This document shows positions 10,647-21,693 of a stretch of 31,718 bases of DNA, piece by piece. The position numbers and the translations under genes were made by a program. Origin of the DNA: a bacterium. Its GTDB lineage: Bacteria > SZUA-182 > DTGQ01 > JAFGSM01. The stretch lies in assembly GCA_049472335.1 (NCBI GenBank), contig JBLIRO010000060.1:1-31718 (forward strand), in the 5' to 3' direction. Below the pieces are notes generated by a model, which ran no database searches, had not been told where the DNA came from, and was given only the letters and a program-made list of their open reading frames with translations. Each line of letters opens with the position of its first letter. The first letter of the stretch is position 1.

Positions 10647-11119
10647 TGAAACTCAAGATCATCTGCATAGGTAAAACCAAAAAGGGCTATATTTCCAATG
10701 GGATAAAGGACTATATGACGAGGATTAAACATTACACGAGTATGGAATGGATAGAGCTTCAACCGTCAGCTAAATCAAAATCTTCAAAGCATAGTATCGG
10801 ATTAAGGCTTGAAGCGGAAAGGATCCGGGAGCATACACATGCTCAATCTTTAAAGATAATACTCACGGACGGGGGAAAGGAGTTCAATTCATCGGATTTT
10901 GCAAAGTGGCTCGAAAGTCAAATGATTCATGGCAGGCAGGAGATCGCTTTCATCATTGGAGGTGATCAGGGACTAGCTCAAGCCATAATTTCAGAAGCCG
11001 ATCTGTGTTTAAGCCTTTCGAAAATGACCTTTACCCATCAAATGGCCCGCCTCATCCTTTTGGAGCAAATATACCGGGCCTTTACCATAATTCGCGGGGA
11101 ACCATATCATCACGGTTGA
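10646..11119 (+). CDS. rlmH: 23S rRNA (pseudouridine1915-N3)-methyltransferase
   Basis: FIIGGDQGL, LSLSKMTFTHQMARLILLEQIYRAFTIIRGEPYH; GTG 10646 overlaps the rsfS stop. Confidence 0.95.
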   Translation: MKLKIICIGKTKKGYISNGIKDYMTRIKHYTSMEWIELQPSAKSKSSKHSIGLRLEAERIREHTHAQSLKIILTDGGKEFNSSDFAKWLESQMIHGRQEIAFIIGGDQGLAQAIISEADLCLSLSKMTFTHQMARLILLEQIYRAFTIIRGEPYHHG

Positions 11120-11209
11120 AAAATGATAATAGATATTTTCAAATGATTAAAATATTATTTAACCACAAAAAAGCTGACCAAGAGATGAGAAAGGAGGGGA
11201 GATGCAGAA

Positions 11210-12421
11210 ATGATTAGTCTGGATATACTGAAGAAACTTAGTCAGAAGTCAAACTCGAAGATCATCATGCTTATCTTGGATGGATTAGGAGGATTGCCAA
11301 GGTTAATGGGTGGAAAGACAGAGCTGGAGACGGCATCATGCCCAAACCTCGATACCCTCGCAAAGCAGTCCATTACAGGGATGGTTGACCCCATAGCGAA
11401 AGGTATCCCTCCCGGAAGCGGCCCGGCCCATTTGGCCCTGTTCGGCTATGATCCCATTAAAAACCAGATAGGCAGAGGCGTCCTGTCTTCCCTTGGCATC
11501 GGTTTCGAGCTTCAACCTTCCGATGTGGCTGTCAGAATAAATTTTGCCACTGTAAATGCGGAGGGAAATATAACAGACCGGCGGGCAGGCAGAATGGCCA
11601 CCGAAAAGAATAATGAGCTCTGCCGGATACTCGATAATATTCGGATTCCTGGTATTGAAATATTCGTTCGTACAGTTAAAGAGCATAGGGCAATGGTTGT
11701 TTTCAGAGGTGAGGGCCTTTCCGGTGACTTAATGGACTCGGATCCTCAGAAGACGGGAGCCCCTCCGCTTGCTGTTATTCCCCATATCGATTCTCCGGAA
11801 GCAAAGCATACAGCTGAATTAGCAAACCGGTTTATTGAAGAATCCAAAAGGCTTTTATCCGGCGAAGAAAAGGGCAATATGGTATTATTAAGAGGATTCG
11901 CTCAATATCATCCCCTTCCTTCCATGTCGGAAATTTATAAATTAAAGGCTGCCGCTATAGCAACATACCCTATGTACCGAGGTGTGGCGAGGCTGGTGGG
12001 AATGGAGATCCTGGAATGCGGAGAAATGATCGAGGATGAGTTTAATGTGTTGGACCAGAATTTTTCTAAATATGATTTTTTCTATATTCACATAAAAAAG
12101 ACGGACAGCTATGGAGAAGATGGAGACTTCGATCAGAAGGTGCATATTATCGAGCTGGTGGATACCTATATCCCGCAAATGATGAGCCTTCATCCCGATG
12201 TTGTAGTAGTGACCGGTGATCATTCCACACCGGCGGTTTTGACCTCTCATAGCTGGCATCCTAATCCTATTCTTTTATATTCACGCTGGTGCAGGCCTGA
12301 CAAGGTGAGATTGTTTTCTGAATCGGAATGCATTCATGGGGGGCTGGGCCGTTTTCCCGCAATTGAAATTATGCCATTAGCATTGGCAAACTCCTTGAGA
12401 TTGAGCAAATTTGGTGCATAA
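11210..12421 (+). CDS. apgM: 2,3-bisphosphoglycerate-independent phosphoglycerate mutase (ApgM type)
   Basis: LDGLGG, TELETA, PGSGPAHLALFGYDP, DRRAGR, TGDHSTP; ~400 aa. Confidence 0.9.
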   Translation: MISLDILKKLSQKSNSKIIMLILDGLGGLPRLMGGKTELETASCPNLDTLAKQSITGMVDPIAKGIPPGSGPAHLALFGYDPIKNQIGRGVLSSLGIGFELQPSDVAVRINFATVNAEGNITDRRAGRMATEKNNELCRILDNIRIPGIEIFVRTVKEHRAMVVFRGEGLSGDLMDSDPQKTGAPPLAVIPHIDSPEAKHTAELANRFIEESKRLLSGEEKGNMVLLRGFAQYHPLPSMSEIYKLKAAAIATYPMYRGVARLVGMEILECGEMIEDEFNVLDQNFSKYDFFYIHIKKTDSYGEDGDFDQKVHIIELVDTYIPQMMSLHPDVVVVTGDHSTPAVLTSHSWHPNPILLYSRWCRPDKVRLFSESECIHGGLGRFPAIEIMPLALANSLRLSKFGA

Positions 12422-13169
12422 GCCCTTCTCCTCCTTTCTTTTTCATTTGCTGGATATCCTCTTCCCTCCGGTTTGCATCTTATGCGGGAAATATAAATTG
12501 ACTGACAGGGAGCCTATATGCCCCGAATGTTGGGCAAAGGCAATCCCTATTAAAGATCCTGTGTGTAAAAAGTGTGGCCTGCCTATAGGGTCAATGGAAC
12601 AGTCAGGACGGGAAGACCCCTATTTATGCTCGATTTGCAGGCAGAGGGAATGGGCGTTTGACATGGCCAGGGCAGGATTTGTTTTTGACGGACCGGTCAG
12701 GGATGCCTGTCATATGCTTAAATATCAGGGACATTTTGGAATTGGAGCCTGGCTGGGCGAGAAGATGGGAGAAGCCTTGAGAAACATCTTTAATCAGAAA
12801 GACAGCGAAGAAGAGGTTTTTATCGTACCAGTGCCGCTTTCTCCGGACCGTTTGAAGGACAGAGAGTTTAACCATTCACTCTGTTTGGCCGAATCATTAA
12901 GCAGGGATTTCGGTTTCCCTGTTGTCGACACCTCGATCCTTCGTAGAAAAAACGGCGCCAGACCACAAGTGGGATTGAGACCAAAGGAAAGATGGGCAAA
13001 TGTGCGGGGTGCTTTCAATATAAAAGGATCGGATTTTATCAAAGGGAAAAGGATCGTTCTTGTGGACGATGTTTTGACAACAGGCGCGACCTCTGATGAA
13101 TGTGCCCGGATGCTCAAAAAAGCCGGTGCAGCGAGGGTTGAGGTCTTAACCCTGGCAAGGACATTGTGA
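12411..13169 (+). CDS. comF: ComF family protein (double zinc ribbon + phosphoribosyltransferase)
   Basis: FPPVCILC, CPEC, CKKC, CSIC; VPVPL; LVDDVLTTGAT. Confidence 0.9.
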   Translation: MVHKPFSSFLFHLLDILFPPVCILCGKYKLTDREPICPECWAKAIPIKDPVCKKCGLPIGSMEQSGREDPYLCSICRQREWAFDMARAGFVFDGPVRDACHMLKYQGHFGIGAWLGEKMGEALRNIFNQKDSEEEVFIVPVPLSPDRLKDREFNHSLCLAESLSRDFGFPVVDTSILRRKNGARPQVGLRPKERWANVRGAFNIKGSDFIKGKRIVLVDDVLTTGATSDECARMLKKAGAARVEVLTLARTL

Positions 13170-13174
13170 ACAAA

Positions 13175-14271
<1,097 letters not shown>

Positions 14272-14327
14272 TGGAGGACAATTGCTTTTCCGCTGTTTGA
14301 ACAAGGGAATTCCCCGGGGAGTTTGAA

Positions 14328-15524
14328 GTGAGCAATAAACTCTTTTTAGATGATGTAAATTTCAAGGGTAAAAAGGCGCTGGTGAGGGTGGATTATAACG
14401 TTCCTCTCGACTCGTTGGGGAATATAAGCGATGATGCCAGGATCAGGGCAACCCTTCCCACTATCAATCATGTTCTGGATGATGGGGGGATAGTCATTTT
14501 GATGTCCCACCTTGGAAGGCCCAACGGTATGAGAGTGCCTTCCATGAGTCTGGCTCCGGTTGAGAAAAGGCTTTCCAGACTCCTTGAAAAGGATGTAAAG
14601 TTTATTGAAGATTGCGTGGGCCCGAAGGTGAGAGAAGCAGTGAATAAGATACAGCCGGGAGATGTCGTTCTCCTTGAAAATCTCAGGTTCCATAAGGAAG
14701 AGACGGAAAACGATCCTGAATTCTCCAGGGAGTTGGCAAGCTTTGGCGATATCTTTGTAAACGATGCCTTTGCCACTGCCCATCGTTTGCATGCCTCTAA
14801 TGTGGGAATTACCGAATTTATCTCGCCTTCAGTGGGCGGATATCTGATGAAAAACGAGCTGAATTATTTCAATGCCGCAATGGAGAATCCGGTTCGTCCC
14901 TTAGTGGCCATAATCGGCGGCGCCAAAGTCTCCAGCAAGATTGGAGTGATCAAGAACCTAAGCAAAAAGGTGGATAAGATCCTTATAGGCGGAGGCATGA
15001 TGTTCACCTTTTTGAAGTCCATCGGATTCGAGGTGGGGAAGTCGCTTGTGGAAGAAGAAATGCTGGACGTAGCCATGGAGACCCTGAAACAGGCGAGAAA
15101 AGACGGCACAAAGCTTTATCTCCCTGTGGATACGGTGGTTGCTGACCGGATGGACCCCAAGGCAGTAAGCATGATCGTCCCTGTACAGGAAATCCCTCGT
15201 GACTGGTTAGGCCTTGATATAGGACCGGCAACAACCACGCTTTTTTCCGAGGCCTTGCGGGACGCTAAAAGCATTATCTGGAACGGACCTATGGGAGTCT
15301 TCGAGATAGACGCATTCAGCAGGGGCACATTTGCCATGGTCCAGATGGTGGCAAATTCATATGCAATGACCATTGTGGGTGGTGGGGATACTGATGTCGC
15401 CGTCCACAGGGCGGGAGTGTCTTACAAGATTTCCTATATCTCCACTGGGGGAGGGGCTTTCCTTGAGCTTTTGGAAGGGAATGAGCTTCCTGGCTTAGCA
15501 GCTCTGACAGATAAGGATAAATAA
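14328..15524 (+). CDS. pgk: Phosphoglycerate kinase
   Basis: RVDYNVP, SHLGRP, LLENLRF, GGAKVSSK, WNGPMGVFE, ISTGGGA. Confidence 0.98.
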   Translation: MSNKLFLDDVNFKGKKALVRVDYNVPLDSLGNISDDARIRATLPTINHVLDDGGIVILMSHLGRPNGMRVPSMSLAPVEKRLSRLLEKDVKFIEDCVGPKVREAVNKIQPGDVVLLENLRFHKEETENDPEFSRELASFGDIFVNDAFATAHRLHASNVGITEFISPSVGGYLMKNELNYFNAAMENPVRPLVAIIGGAKVSSKIGVIKNLSKKVDKILIGGGMMFTFLKSIGFEVGKSLVEEEMLDVAMETLKQARKDGTKLYLPVDTVVADRMDPKAVSMIVPVQEIPRDWLGLDIGPATTTLFSEALRDAKSIIWNGPMGVFEIDAFSRGTFAMVQMVANSYAMTIVGGGDTDVAVHRAGVSYKISYISTGGGAFLELLEGNELPGLAALTDKDK

Positions 15525-15553
15525 GGAGTAAAGAGGGGAGGTAAACATAGATC

Positions 15554-16309
15554 ATGAGAAGACCAATTATTGCAGGTAACTGGAAGATGTACAAGGTTCC
15601 CTCGGAAGCTGTGGAACTGGTGAGTCAGTTAAAAAAAGAATTAAAAGGCATTAAGGATAGGGATATCGTTGTTATTCCTCCTTTCACCTCGATCTATCCC
15701 TGCAGTAAGGTCCTGGAAAATACCAATATTGCCCTCGGAGCCCAAAACATGTATTGGGAGGAGGAAGGTGCCTTCACCGGCGAGGTTTCACCTCTGATGT
15801 TGATTGATTGCGGATGCGGATATTGCGTTATCGGCCATTCAGAAAGGCGAACCTATTTTCACGAAAAAGATGAAACAGTAAACAAAAAGATCAAGTCCGC
15901 ATTGAAGCAAGGCCTTATCCCTATCTGCTGTATTGGGGAAACTCTGGAGCAGAGGGAGAAGGGAGAGACCTTTAAGATTGTGGAGACACAGGTAAAAAAA
16001 GATTTTGAAGGACTCACCGATTCGCAGATGGAAAAGGTAGTTATAGCCTATGAACCAATTTGGGCTATTGGAACAGGCCGGACAGCGACCCCGGAACAGG
16101 CCAATGAGGTGCATGCCTTTATACGAAAGACATTGGCAGGGTTGTTTTATCCGGCATTGGCGGAAGAGGTCAGAATCCAGTATGGCGGAAGCGTGAAACC
16201 GGAAAATTGTGACGCTTTGATGTCACAACCGGATATAGACGGTGCATTGGTGGGAGGCGCCAGCCTCAAGGCGGAATCCTTTTCAAGGATTGTACGTTTT
16301 AAAATATAA
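15554..16309 (+). CDS. tpiA: Triose-phosphate isomerase
   Basis: AGNWKM, GHSERR, AYEPIWAIGTG, YGGSV, LVGGASL. Confidence 0.98.
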   Translation: MRRPIIAGNWKMYKVPSEAVELVSQLKKELKGIKDRDIVVIPPFTSIYPCSKVLENTNIALGAQNMYWEEEGAFTGEVSPLMLIDCGCGYCVIGHSERRTYFHEKDETVNKKIKSALKQGLIPICCIGETLEQREKGETFKIVETQVKKDFEGLTDSQMEKVVIAYEPIWAIGTGRTATPEQANEVHAFIRKTLAGLFYPALAEEVRIQYGGSVKPENCDALMSQPDIDGALVGGASLKAESFSRIVRFKI

Positions 16310-16355
16310 AAAATATAATATAAGAGAAAGATATAATCTAGATAAGGAGATTTCT

Positions 16356-16733
16356 ATGTATAGTCTAATTGTTATTATTCATTTGATAGCGTGTATCACG
16401 ATGATTTTGATCATTATTTTTCAGTCCAGCAAGGGCGCGGAAATGGGGGCGGTATTCGGAGGAGGAGCCAGCCAGACCGCGTTTGGCAGCTCCGGTCCAC
16501 AAAGCTTCCTTGAAAAAACAACGGTTGTTTGTGCCGTCGTCTTCATGCTTACCTCTCTCTCCTTGGCCTATATGTCGATCGGTCGTACCAATAGATTGCT
16601 GGAGGGAGAGGAGGCGCCGATGGAACAACCTATCCAACCGGCCCAGCCGCCGGCTCAGCCGGGGCAAATGCCTGCTCAACAAGGGCAGCAACCAACAATG
16701 CCTGAAGTGCCGAATATTCCGCCGGGCGAATAA
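16356..16733 (+). CDS. secG: Preprotein translocase subunit SecG with Pro/Gln-rich tail
   Basis: Two TM segments around QSSKGAEMGAVFGGGASQTAFGS; position after tpiA; ATG 16356 after AAGGAG. Confidence 0.93.
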   Translation: MYSLIVIIHLIACITMILIIIFQSSKGAEMGAVFGGGASQTAFGSSGPQSFLEKTTVVCAVVFMLTSLSLAYMSIGRTNRLLEGEEAPMEQPIQPAQPPAQPGQMPAQQGQQPTMPEVPNIPPGE

Positions 16734-16754
16734 TTTAAACACTGTGGAGATTTA

Positions 16755-18431
16755 ATGGATTCGAAAAAAAATCATTTTCTATTATCTTCCTGCTTGATCT
16801 TTTTTGCTATCTTGTCTGCCTCAACATTGCTGTTTAGCTGTAAGCAGCCTCATGAAGGGAAGGAAGAGGCCCTTATATCAGAAGAAGAAAGCATCCCGGT
16901 GTATGGCGACAGGATCATACTGGGTTCTATTGCAGATGCGAAGCGCCTGCTTCCCATGTTGGCCACGGACTCCGCATCCGCGGGGATAGCGGGAATGGTC
17001 CATAACGGCCTTATCAAATATGACAAGGATATAAAGGTTGTCGGGGATTTGGCTGAGTCTTGGGATATCTCCGCTGACGGCTTGATCATTACCTTTCATC
17101 TTCGTCGGAATGTGAAGTGGCATGACGGTGAACCGTTCACCGCACAAGACTGTCTCTTTACCTATAAAAAAATGATAGACCCCAATGTCGCCACCCCCTA
17201 TAGCCAGGATTTTCTGCGTGTAAAAGAGGCAAAGATCTTAGATGATTATACCTTTCAGGTCATATATGAAGAACCCTTTGCTCCTGCTCTTATTAGCTGG
17301 GGCATGGGCATTATACCCAGGCACCTGCTGGAAAATGAAGATCTGAATACTACGGATTATAACAGGCATCCCATAGGCACCGGGCCATTTAAATTTATGG
17401 AATGGATAACCGGTCAGAGGATAGTACTGGAGGCATTTGATGATTATTTTGAAGGAAGGCCCTATATAGACCAGTACATTACCAGAATCATCCCCGAAAG
17501 GGCCACAATGTTCCTCGAGCTTCAGAGGCAGGGGATCGATTATATGGAACTGAATCCGGTGCGGTACACCCGGCAGACTAATACGCCCTTCTTTCAGGAG
17601 AACTTCCGCCGGTTCCGTTACCCATCGTTCGGCTATACCTATATGGGGTATAATCTTAAAGACCCAAAGTTTTCAGACAAAAGGGTCCGCCAGGCCCTTA
17701 CCTATGCCATTGACAGGGAAGGTATTATAAAGGGCGTCCTGCTCGGCCTGGGACAGGTTTGCACTGGTCCGTTTCCTCCGGAATCCTGGGCATATAATCC
17801 TGATGTAAAAAGATATCCCTTTGATCCTGAAAAGGCCAGGCAATTGCTGGCTGAGGCAGGATGGGAGGATCATGACGGGGATGGGATTCTGGATAAGGAT
17901 GGGATCAGATTCGAATTTATGTTACGAACAAATCAGGGGAATGAAGAGAGGGAAAAATGTGCACAGATCATCCAGCAAAATCTCAAAAAGATCGGAATCG
18001 ATGTGAAGATCAACATACTGGAATGGCAGGCGTTTCTTCATAATTTTATCGACCAGCGTAAATTCGAGGCAGTCATACTTGGCTGGGCCTTGTCCAGGGA
18101 CCCGGATCTTTACGATATCTGGCATTCCAGCAAGACGGGAGAACAGGAGTTCAACTTCGTATCCTATAAAAACACTGAAGTGGACCGCCTCATCATTGAA
18201 GGGGTTCGCACCTTCGATATTGAAGAAAGAAAAAAGATATATCACAGGATACACGAAATACTGGCAGAAGAACAACCGTATACTTTTCTTTACGTAGCAG
18301 ATGCACTACCCATAATTGACAAGCGTTTTCATGGAATAAAAAAGGCCCCTATCGGTATATGGTATGATTTTATAAAATGGTATGTTCCAAAGGCATTACA
18401 AAGATACACCACCCCTGCCCTGACAACCTGA
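16755..18431 (+). CDS. Peptide/nickel ABC transporter substrate-binding lipoprotein (SBP family 5)
   Basis: Lipobox [50 protein letters not shown]. Confidence 0.93.
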   Translation: MDSKKNHFLLSSCLIFFAILSASTLLFSCKQPHEGKEEALISEEESIPVYGDRIILGSIADAKRLLPMLATDSASAGIAGMVHNGLIKYDKDIKVVGDLAESWDISADGLIITFHLRRNVKWHDGEPFTAQDCLFTYKKMIDPNVATPYSQDFLRVKEAKILDDYTFQVIYEEPFAPALISWGMGIIPRHLLENEDLNTTDYNRHPIGTGPFKFMEWITGQRIVLEAFDDYFEGRPYIDQYITRIIPERATMFLELQRQGIDYMELNPVRYTRQTNTPFFQENFRRFRYPSFGYTYMGYNLKDPKFSDKRVRQALTYAIDREGIIKGVLLGLGQVCTGPFPPESWAYNPDVKRYPFDPEKARQLLAEAGWEDHDGDGILDKDGIRFEFMLRTNQGNEEREKCAQIIQQNLKKIGIDVKINILEWQAFLHNFIDQRKFEAVILGWALSRDPDLYDIWHSSKTGEQEFNFVSYKNTEVDRLIIEGVRTFDIEERKKIYHRIHEILAEEQPYTFLYVADALPIIDKRFHGIKKAPIGIWYDFIKWYVPKALQRYTTPALTT

Positions 18432-18435
18432 CACC

Positions 18436-19407
18436 ATGCTTTCTTATATAGCTCGCAGGCTTTTAATGATGATTCCCCTGGTACTGGGGATCACAATAAT
18501 CACCTTTTTGGTGATACATCTTGCCCCCGGCACCCCGACCGACATCCAGACTCAAATGAATCCCAAGGTCTCTGCGGAGGCAAGAGAAAGATTGAAGCGA
18601 ATTTACGGTCTGGATAAACCACTTTACAGGCAGTATGTTGATTGGCTGGGACGGCTCGCCAGATTGGACTTCGGCAATTCCTTCACAGACGGCAGATCCG
18701 TAATGGAAAAGATAAGGGATTCCCTGCCGATAACCATAATTATAAATACCCTTTCCCTTTTTCTGATATTTGTGGTAGCCATCCCTATTGGGGTGCTGTC
18801 AGCGGCAAAGCAATATTCGCTTTTTGATAAATTGACCACCATCTCTGTTTTTATAGGTTTTTCAGCCCCCACTTTCTGGCTGGCCCTTTTGTTGATGATC
18901 CTTTTGGGTGTCCGTTTCAATCTGCTTCCCATATCCGGGATCAAGTCTCTCTATCTTTCCAATCCAACATTTTGGAATAGACTCCTGGATTATGCCAGAC
19001 ATCTTGTGCTGCCTGTCTTTGTATCTGCCTTTGGAGGACTGGCAGGTTTGTCCCGCTATACGAGGTCCAACATGCTTGAAGTGGTCAGACAGGATTACAT
19101 TCGCACTGCAAGGGCCAAAGGGCTTAGTGAAAGATCCGTGATATACAAACATGCGCTGAGAAACGCGTTAATGCCGGTCATCACTATACTGGGTCTTTCC
19201 GTACCCGGGTTGATCGGCGGAAGTGTCATCTTTGAAACCATCTTTTCAATTCCCGGCATGGGGCAGCTTTTTTATGGAAGCGTGATGGCAAGGGATTATC
19301 CTGTCATTATGGGTATTCTTTTTATCGGCGCAATATTGACACTGTTTGGGAACCTGTTGGCTGATATATCATATGCCATTGTGGACCCGAGAATAAGTTA
19401 TCAATAG
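18436..19407 (+). CDS. Peptide ABC transporter permease (OppB/DppB-like)
   Basis: [42 protein letters not shown]. Confidence 0.93.
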   Translation: MLSYIARRLLMMIPLVLGITIITFLVIHLAPGTPTDIQTQMNPKVSAEARERLKRIYGLDKPLYRQYVDWLGRLARLDFGNSFTDGRSVMEKIRDSLPITIIINTLSLFLIFVVAIPIGVLSAAKQYSLFDKLTTISVFIGFSAPTFWLALLLMILLGVRFNLLPISGIKSLYLSNPTFWNRLLDYARHLVLPVFVSAFGGLAGLSRYTRSNMLEVVRQDYIRTARAKGLSERSVIYKHALRNALMPVITILGLSVPGLIGGSVIFETIFSIPGMGQLFYGSVMARDYPVIMGILFIGAILTLFGNLLADISYAIVDPRISYQ

Positions 19408-19421
19408 GAAAGATACGTATT

Positions 19422-20270
19422 ATGAAGGTAAGTTCTTCTATTGCCTTTTTCTGGAAGCAATTTTCAAAAAACAGGCTTGCAATAGCGGGCCTGATTCTGG
19501 TGCTTTCCCTTTTTGTGATCGCAGGTCTCGCCAGGGTGATATCACCCTATGATCCCGCCCTCATCGATGTTAATCAGATATTATCTCCGCCCAGTGCGCA
19601 ACATTTGCTGGGCACGGATCACCTGGGAAGGGATGTTATGAGCCGTATGCTCTGGGGGTCCAGGATCTCGCTTCTTGTCGGGTTCGTTGCCATTGGGATC
19701 GCGACCCTCATAGGCACTATACTCGGCGCGGTTGCGGGATATTATGGGGGATGGGTCGACAGCGTCATCATGCGCTTTGTGGATATAATGCTCTGTTTCC
19801 CGACATTTTTTCTCATCCTCGCTGTTATAGCTATTTTAGAGCCGAGCATCTGGAATATCATGATCGTAATAGGAGTAACCAGTTGGATGGGAGTTGCCCG
19901 TCTGATAAGGGCGGAATTCCTGAGCCTGATGGACCGGGAGTTTGTCCTTGCGGCAAAGGCGGAAGGCGCGGGGGATTTGAGAATCATATTTCGTCATATA
20001 TTGCCCAATGCACTCGCACCGGTCCTTGTGGCAGCTACACTCGGGGTGGCTGCCGCGATCCTCACCGAGTCCGCGCTCAGCTTTCTTGGCATCGGGGTCC
20101 AGCCCCCCACTGCAAGCTGGGGCAATATGCTTGCCGCGGGCAAGGATAATATAGAGATCGCCTGGTGGCTTTCTCTCTATCCCGGGCTTGCTATCCTTTT
20201 TACGGTCCTGGGTTATAATCTTTTGGGAGAAGGTATAAGGGACGCTGTTGATCCCCGGCTCAAGGTTTAA
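19422..20270 (+). CDS. Peptide ABC transporter permease (OppC/DppC-like)
   Basis: HLLGTDHLGRD, RHILPN, ESALSFLGIG, NLLGEGIRDAVDPR. Confidence 0.93.
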   Translation: MKVSSSIAFFWKQFSKNRLAIAGLILVLSLFVIAGLARVISPYDPALIDVNQILSPPSAQHLLGTDHLGRDVMSRMLWGSRISLLVGFVAIGIATLIGTILGAVAGYYGGWVDSVIMRFVDIMLCFPTFFLILAVIAILEPSIWNIMIVIGVTSWMGVARLIRAEFLSLMDREFVLAAKAEGAGDLRIIFRHILPNALAPVLVAATLGVAAAILTESALSFLGIGVQPPTASWGNMLAAGKDNIEIAWWLSLYPGLAILFTVLGYNLLGEGIRDAVDPRLKV

Positions 20271-20321
20271 CGCAAAAAAGGTTATACTAAACGACCTTAT
20301 TGTGTTATAATCGTTGTTATT

Positions 20322-21188
20322 ATGAAATCCTTTGAAATGTGGAGATTAATAGATAGCGGAGCCGGACTCGCCTCCGAAAATATGGCCATTGATGAGGCTA
20401 TCTTAAAAAGCTGTGAGCTGCGAGAATCCCCTCCCACTCTGCATTTTTACACATGGAAGACCCCGTCGATTTCACTTGGTTATTTTCAGGATTTTTCAGA
20501 TACGGTAAAGGTAAACGAGTGTCTTGTTAAAGGAATACAGGTGGTAAGACGGATTACCGGCGGCAGGGCGGTCGTTCATCATAAAGATGTAAGCTTTTCT
20601 CTTATATTTCCGGCAAAAGGCGGGATTATACCTCCCGGTATCAGCTCCAGCTATCGAATGATAGCGCAGGGATTAATTGAAGGCCTCAGATCCCTGGGTA
20701 TAATGGCTGATATTTCAGACAACAAGAGATTTCAAAACGGTTTTAAAAAAGAGGAAAGAGATCTATCCGCATGCTTTTTAACCAGGATCAGATTCGAGGT
20801 TATGGTTTCCGGGCGTAAACTTTTAGGCTTTGCTCAACGGCGGATAGGAGATTGGGTGCTTTTACAGGGAACCATTATGATTGATTTGGACAGAAGCCTT
20901 TGGACCGATTTTCTCTATTATCCGGACAGCCTTGATTCCCATGAGATTATCGACAGGCTCCGGTCCGAGATAACCTCGGTCAATGAGGTTCTGGGAAAAC
21001 AGGATGATATAGTACTATCGATGAAAAAGGCCCTGCTTAAAGGATTATCAAAGGTCCTGGGGATAAGATTTGCGATACAGGGCCTCGGGTTTAAGGAATG
21101 GACCGATGTGGATCGACTTGCAGGCTATAAATACAGGGACCTTCTGGGAAAAAGCCCCGGTTGTCCTTCTCGGGAGCTTTATCATTAG
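20322..21188 (+). CDS. Lipoate-protein ligase A / LipM-like family protein
   Basis: NMAIDEAIL, SISLGYFQ, VRRITGGRAVVH, GRKLLGFAQRR. Confidence 0.88.
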   Translation: MKSFEMWRLIDSGAGLASENMAIDEAILKSCELRESPPTLHFYTWKTPSISLGYFQDFSDTVKVNECLVKGIQVVRRITGGRAVVHHKDVSFSLIFPAKGGIIPPGISSSYRMIAQGLIEGLRSLGIMADISDNKRFQNGFKKEERDLSACFLTRIRFEVMVSGRKLLGFAQRRIGDWVLLQGTIMIDLDRSLWTDFLYYPDSLDSHEIIDRLRSEITSVNEVLGKQDDIVLSMKKALLKGLSKVLGIRFAIQGLGFKEWTDVDRLAGYKYRDLLGKSPGCPSRELYH

Positions 21189-21235
21189 ATCTATGGCTTT
21201 CGATTGAGTGTATAAAGATGGAAAGGCCGTTTTTG

Positions 21236-21634
21236 ATGGGAAGAAAAACAGAAGAATTTTTGATCAACCATGCGCGAGAGGCGAGAGAAAAGGCTTATGC
21301 GCCTTTTTCGGGTTTCAGGGTGGGCTCGGCATTACTCTGCAGGGGAGGCAGTATTTATACAGGGTGTAATATTGAAAATCCCTCTCTAAGTCTTAGTATT
21401 TGTGCGGAGAGGGTAGCCTTTGTGAAAGCCATATCAGAGGGTAATATGGATTTCGAGGCCCTGGCGGTTGTTGCTGATACTCCGTTTCTAACATATCCTT
21501 GCGGAGCTTGCAGGCAAATGATCTGGGACTTTGGCCATGAGGTTCGAATTGTTCTGGCCAATCTCGAAGGGAAAACGGAACGTACAACAATCAAAAAACT
21601 TTTGCCGAAAGCCTTTGATTTTCATCCCGGGTAA
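21236..21634 (+). CDS. cdd: Cytidine deaminase (tetrameric type)
   Basis: AYAPFSGFRVGSAL, GCNIEN, CAER, PCGACRQ, LLPKAF; start is ATG 21236 or 21218. Confidence 0.93.
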   Translation: MGRKTEEFLINHAREAREKAYAPFSGFRVGSALLCRGGSIYTGCNIENPSLSLSICAERVAFVKAISEGNMDFEALAVVADTPFLTYPCGACRQMIWDFGHEVRIVLANLEGKTERTTIKKLLPKAFDFHPG

Positions 21635-21693
21635 AATGGACTCCTGTATTTAGAAATCTCTGATTAAAAAAAGGTTAAAAAAGAAAGGGCCGA

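Noticed and set aside
11005..11217. 70-aa ORF bridging rlmH and apgM
   Set aside because: Mostly overlaps rlmH out of frame; no SD or recognisable motif.
16610..16733. Pro/Gln-rich SecG tail as a novel domain
   Set aside because: Low-complexity C-terminal tails are common on SecG.
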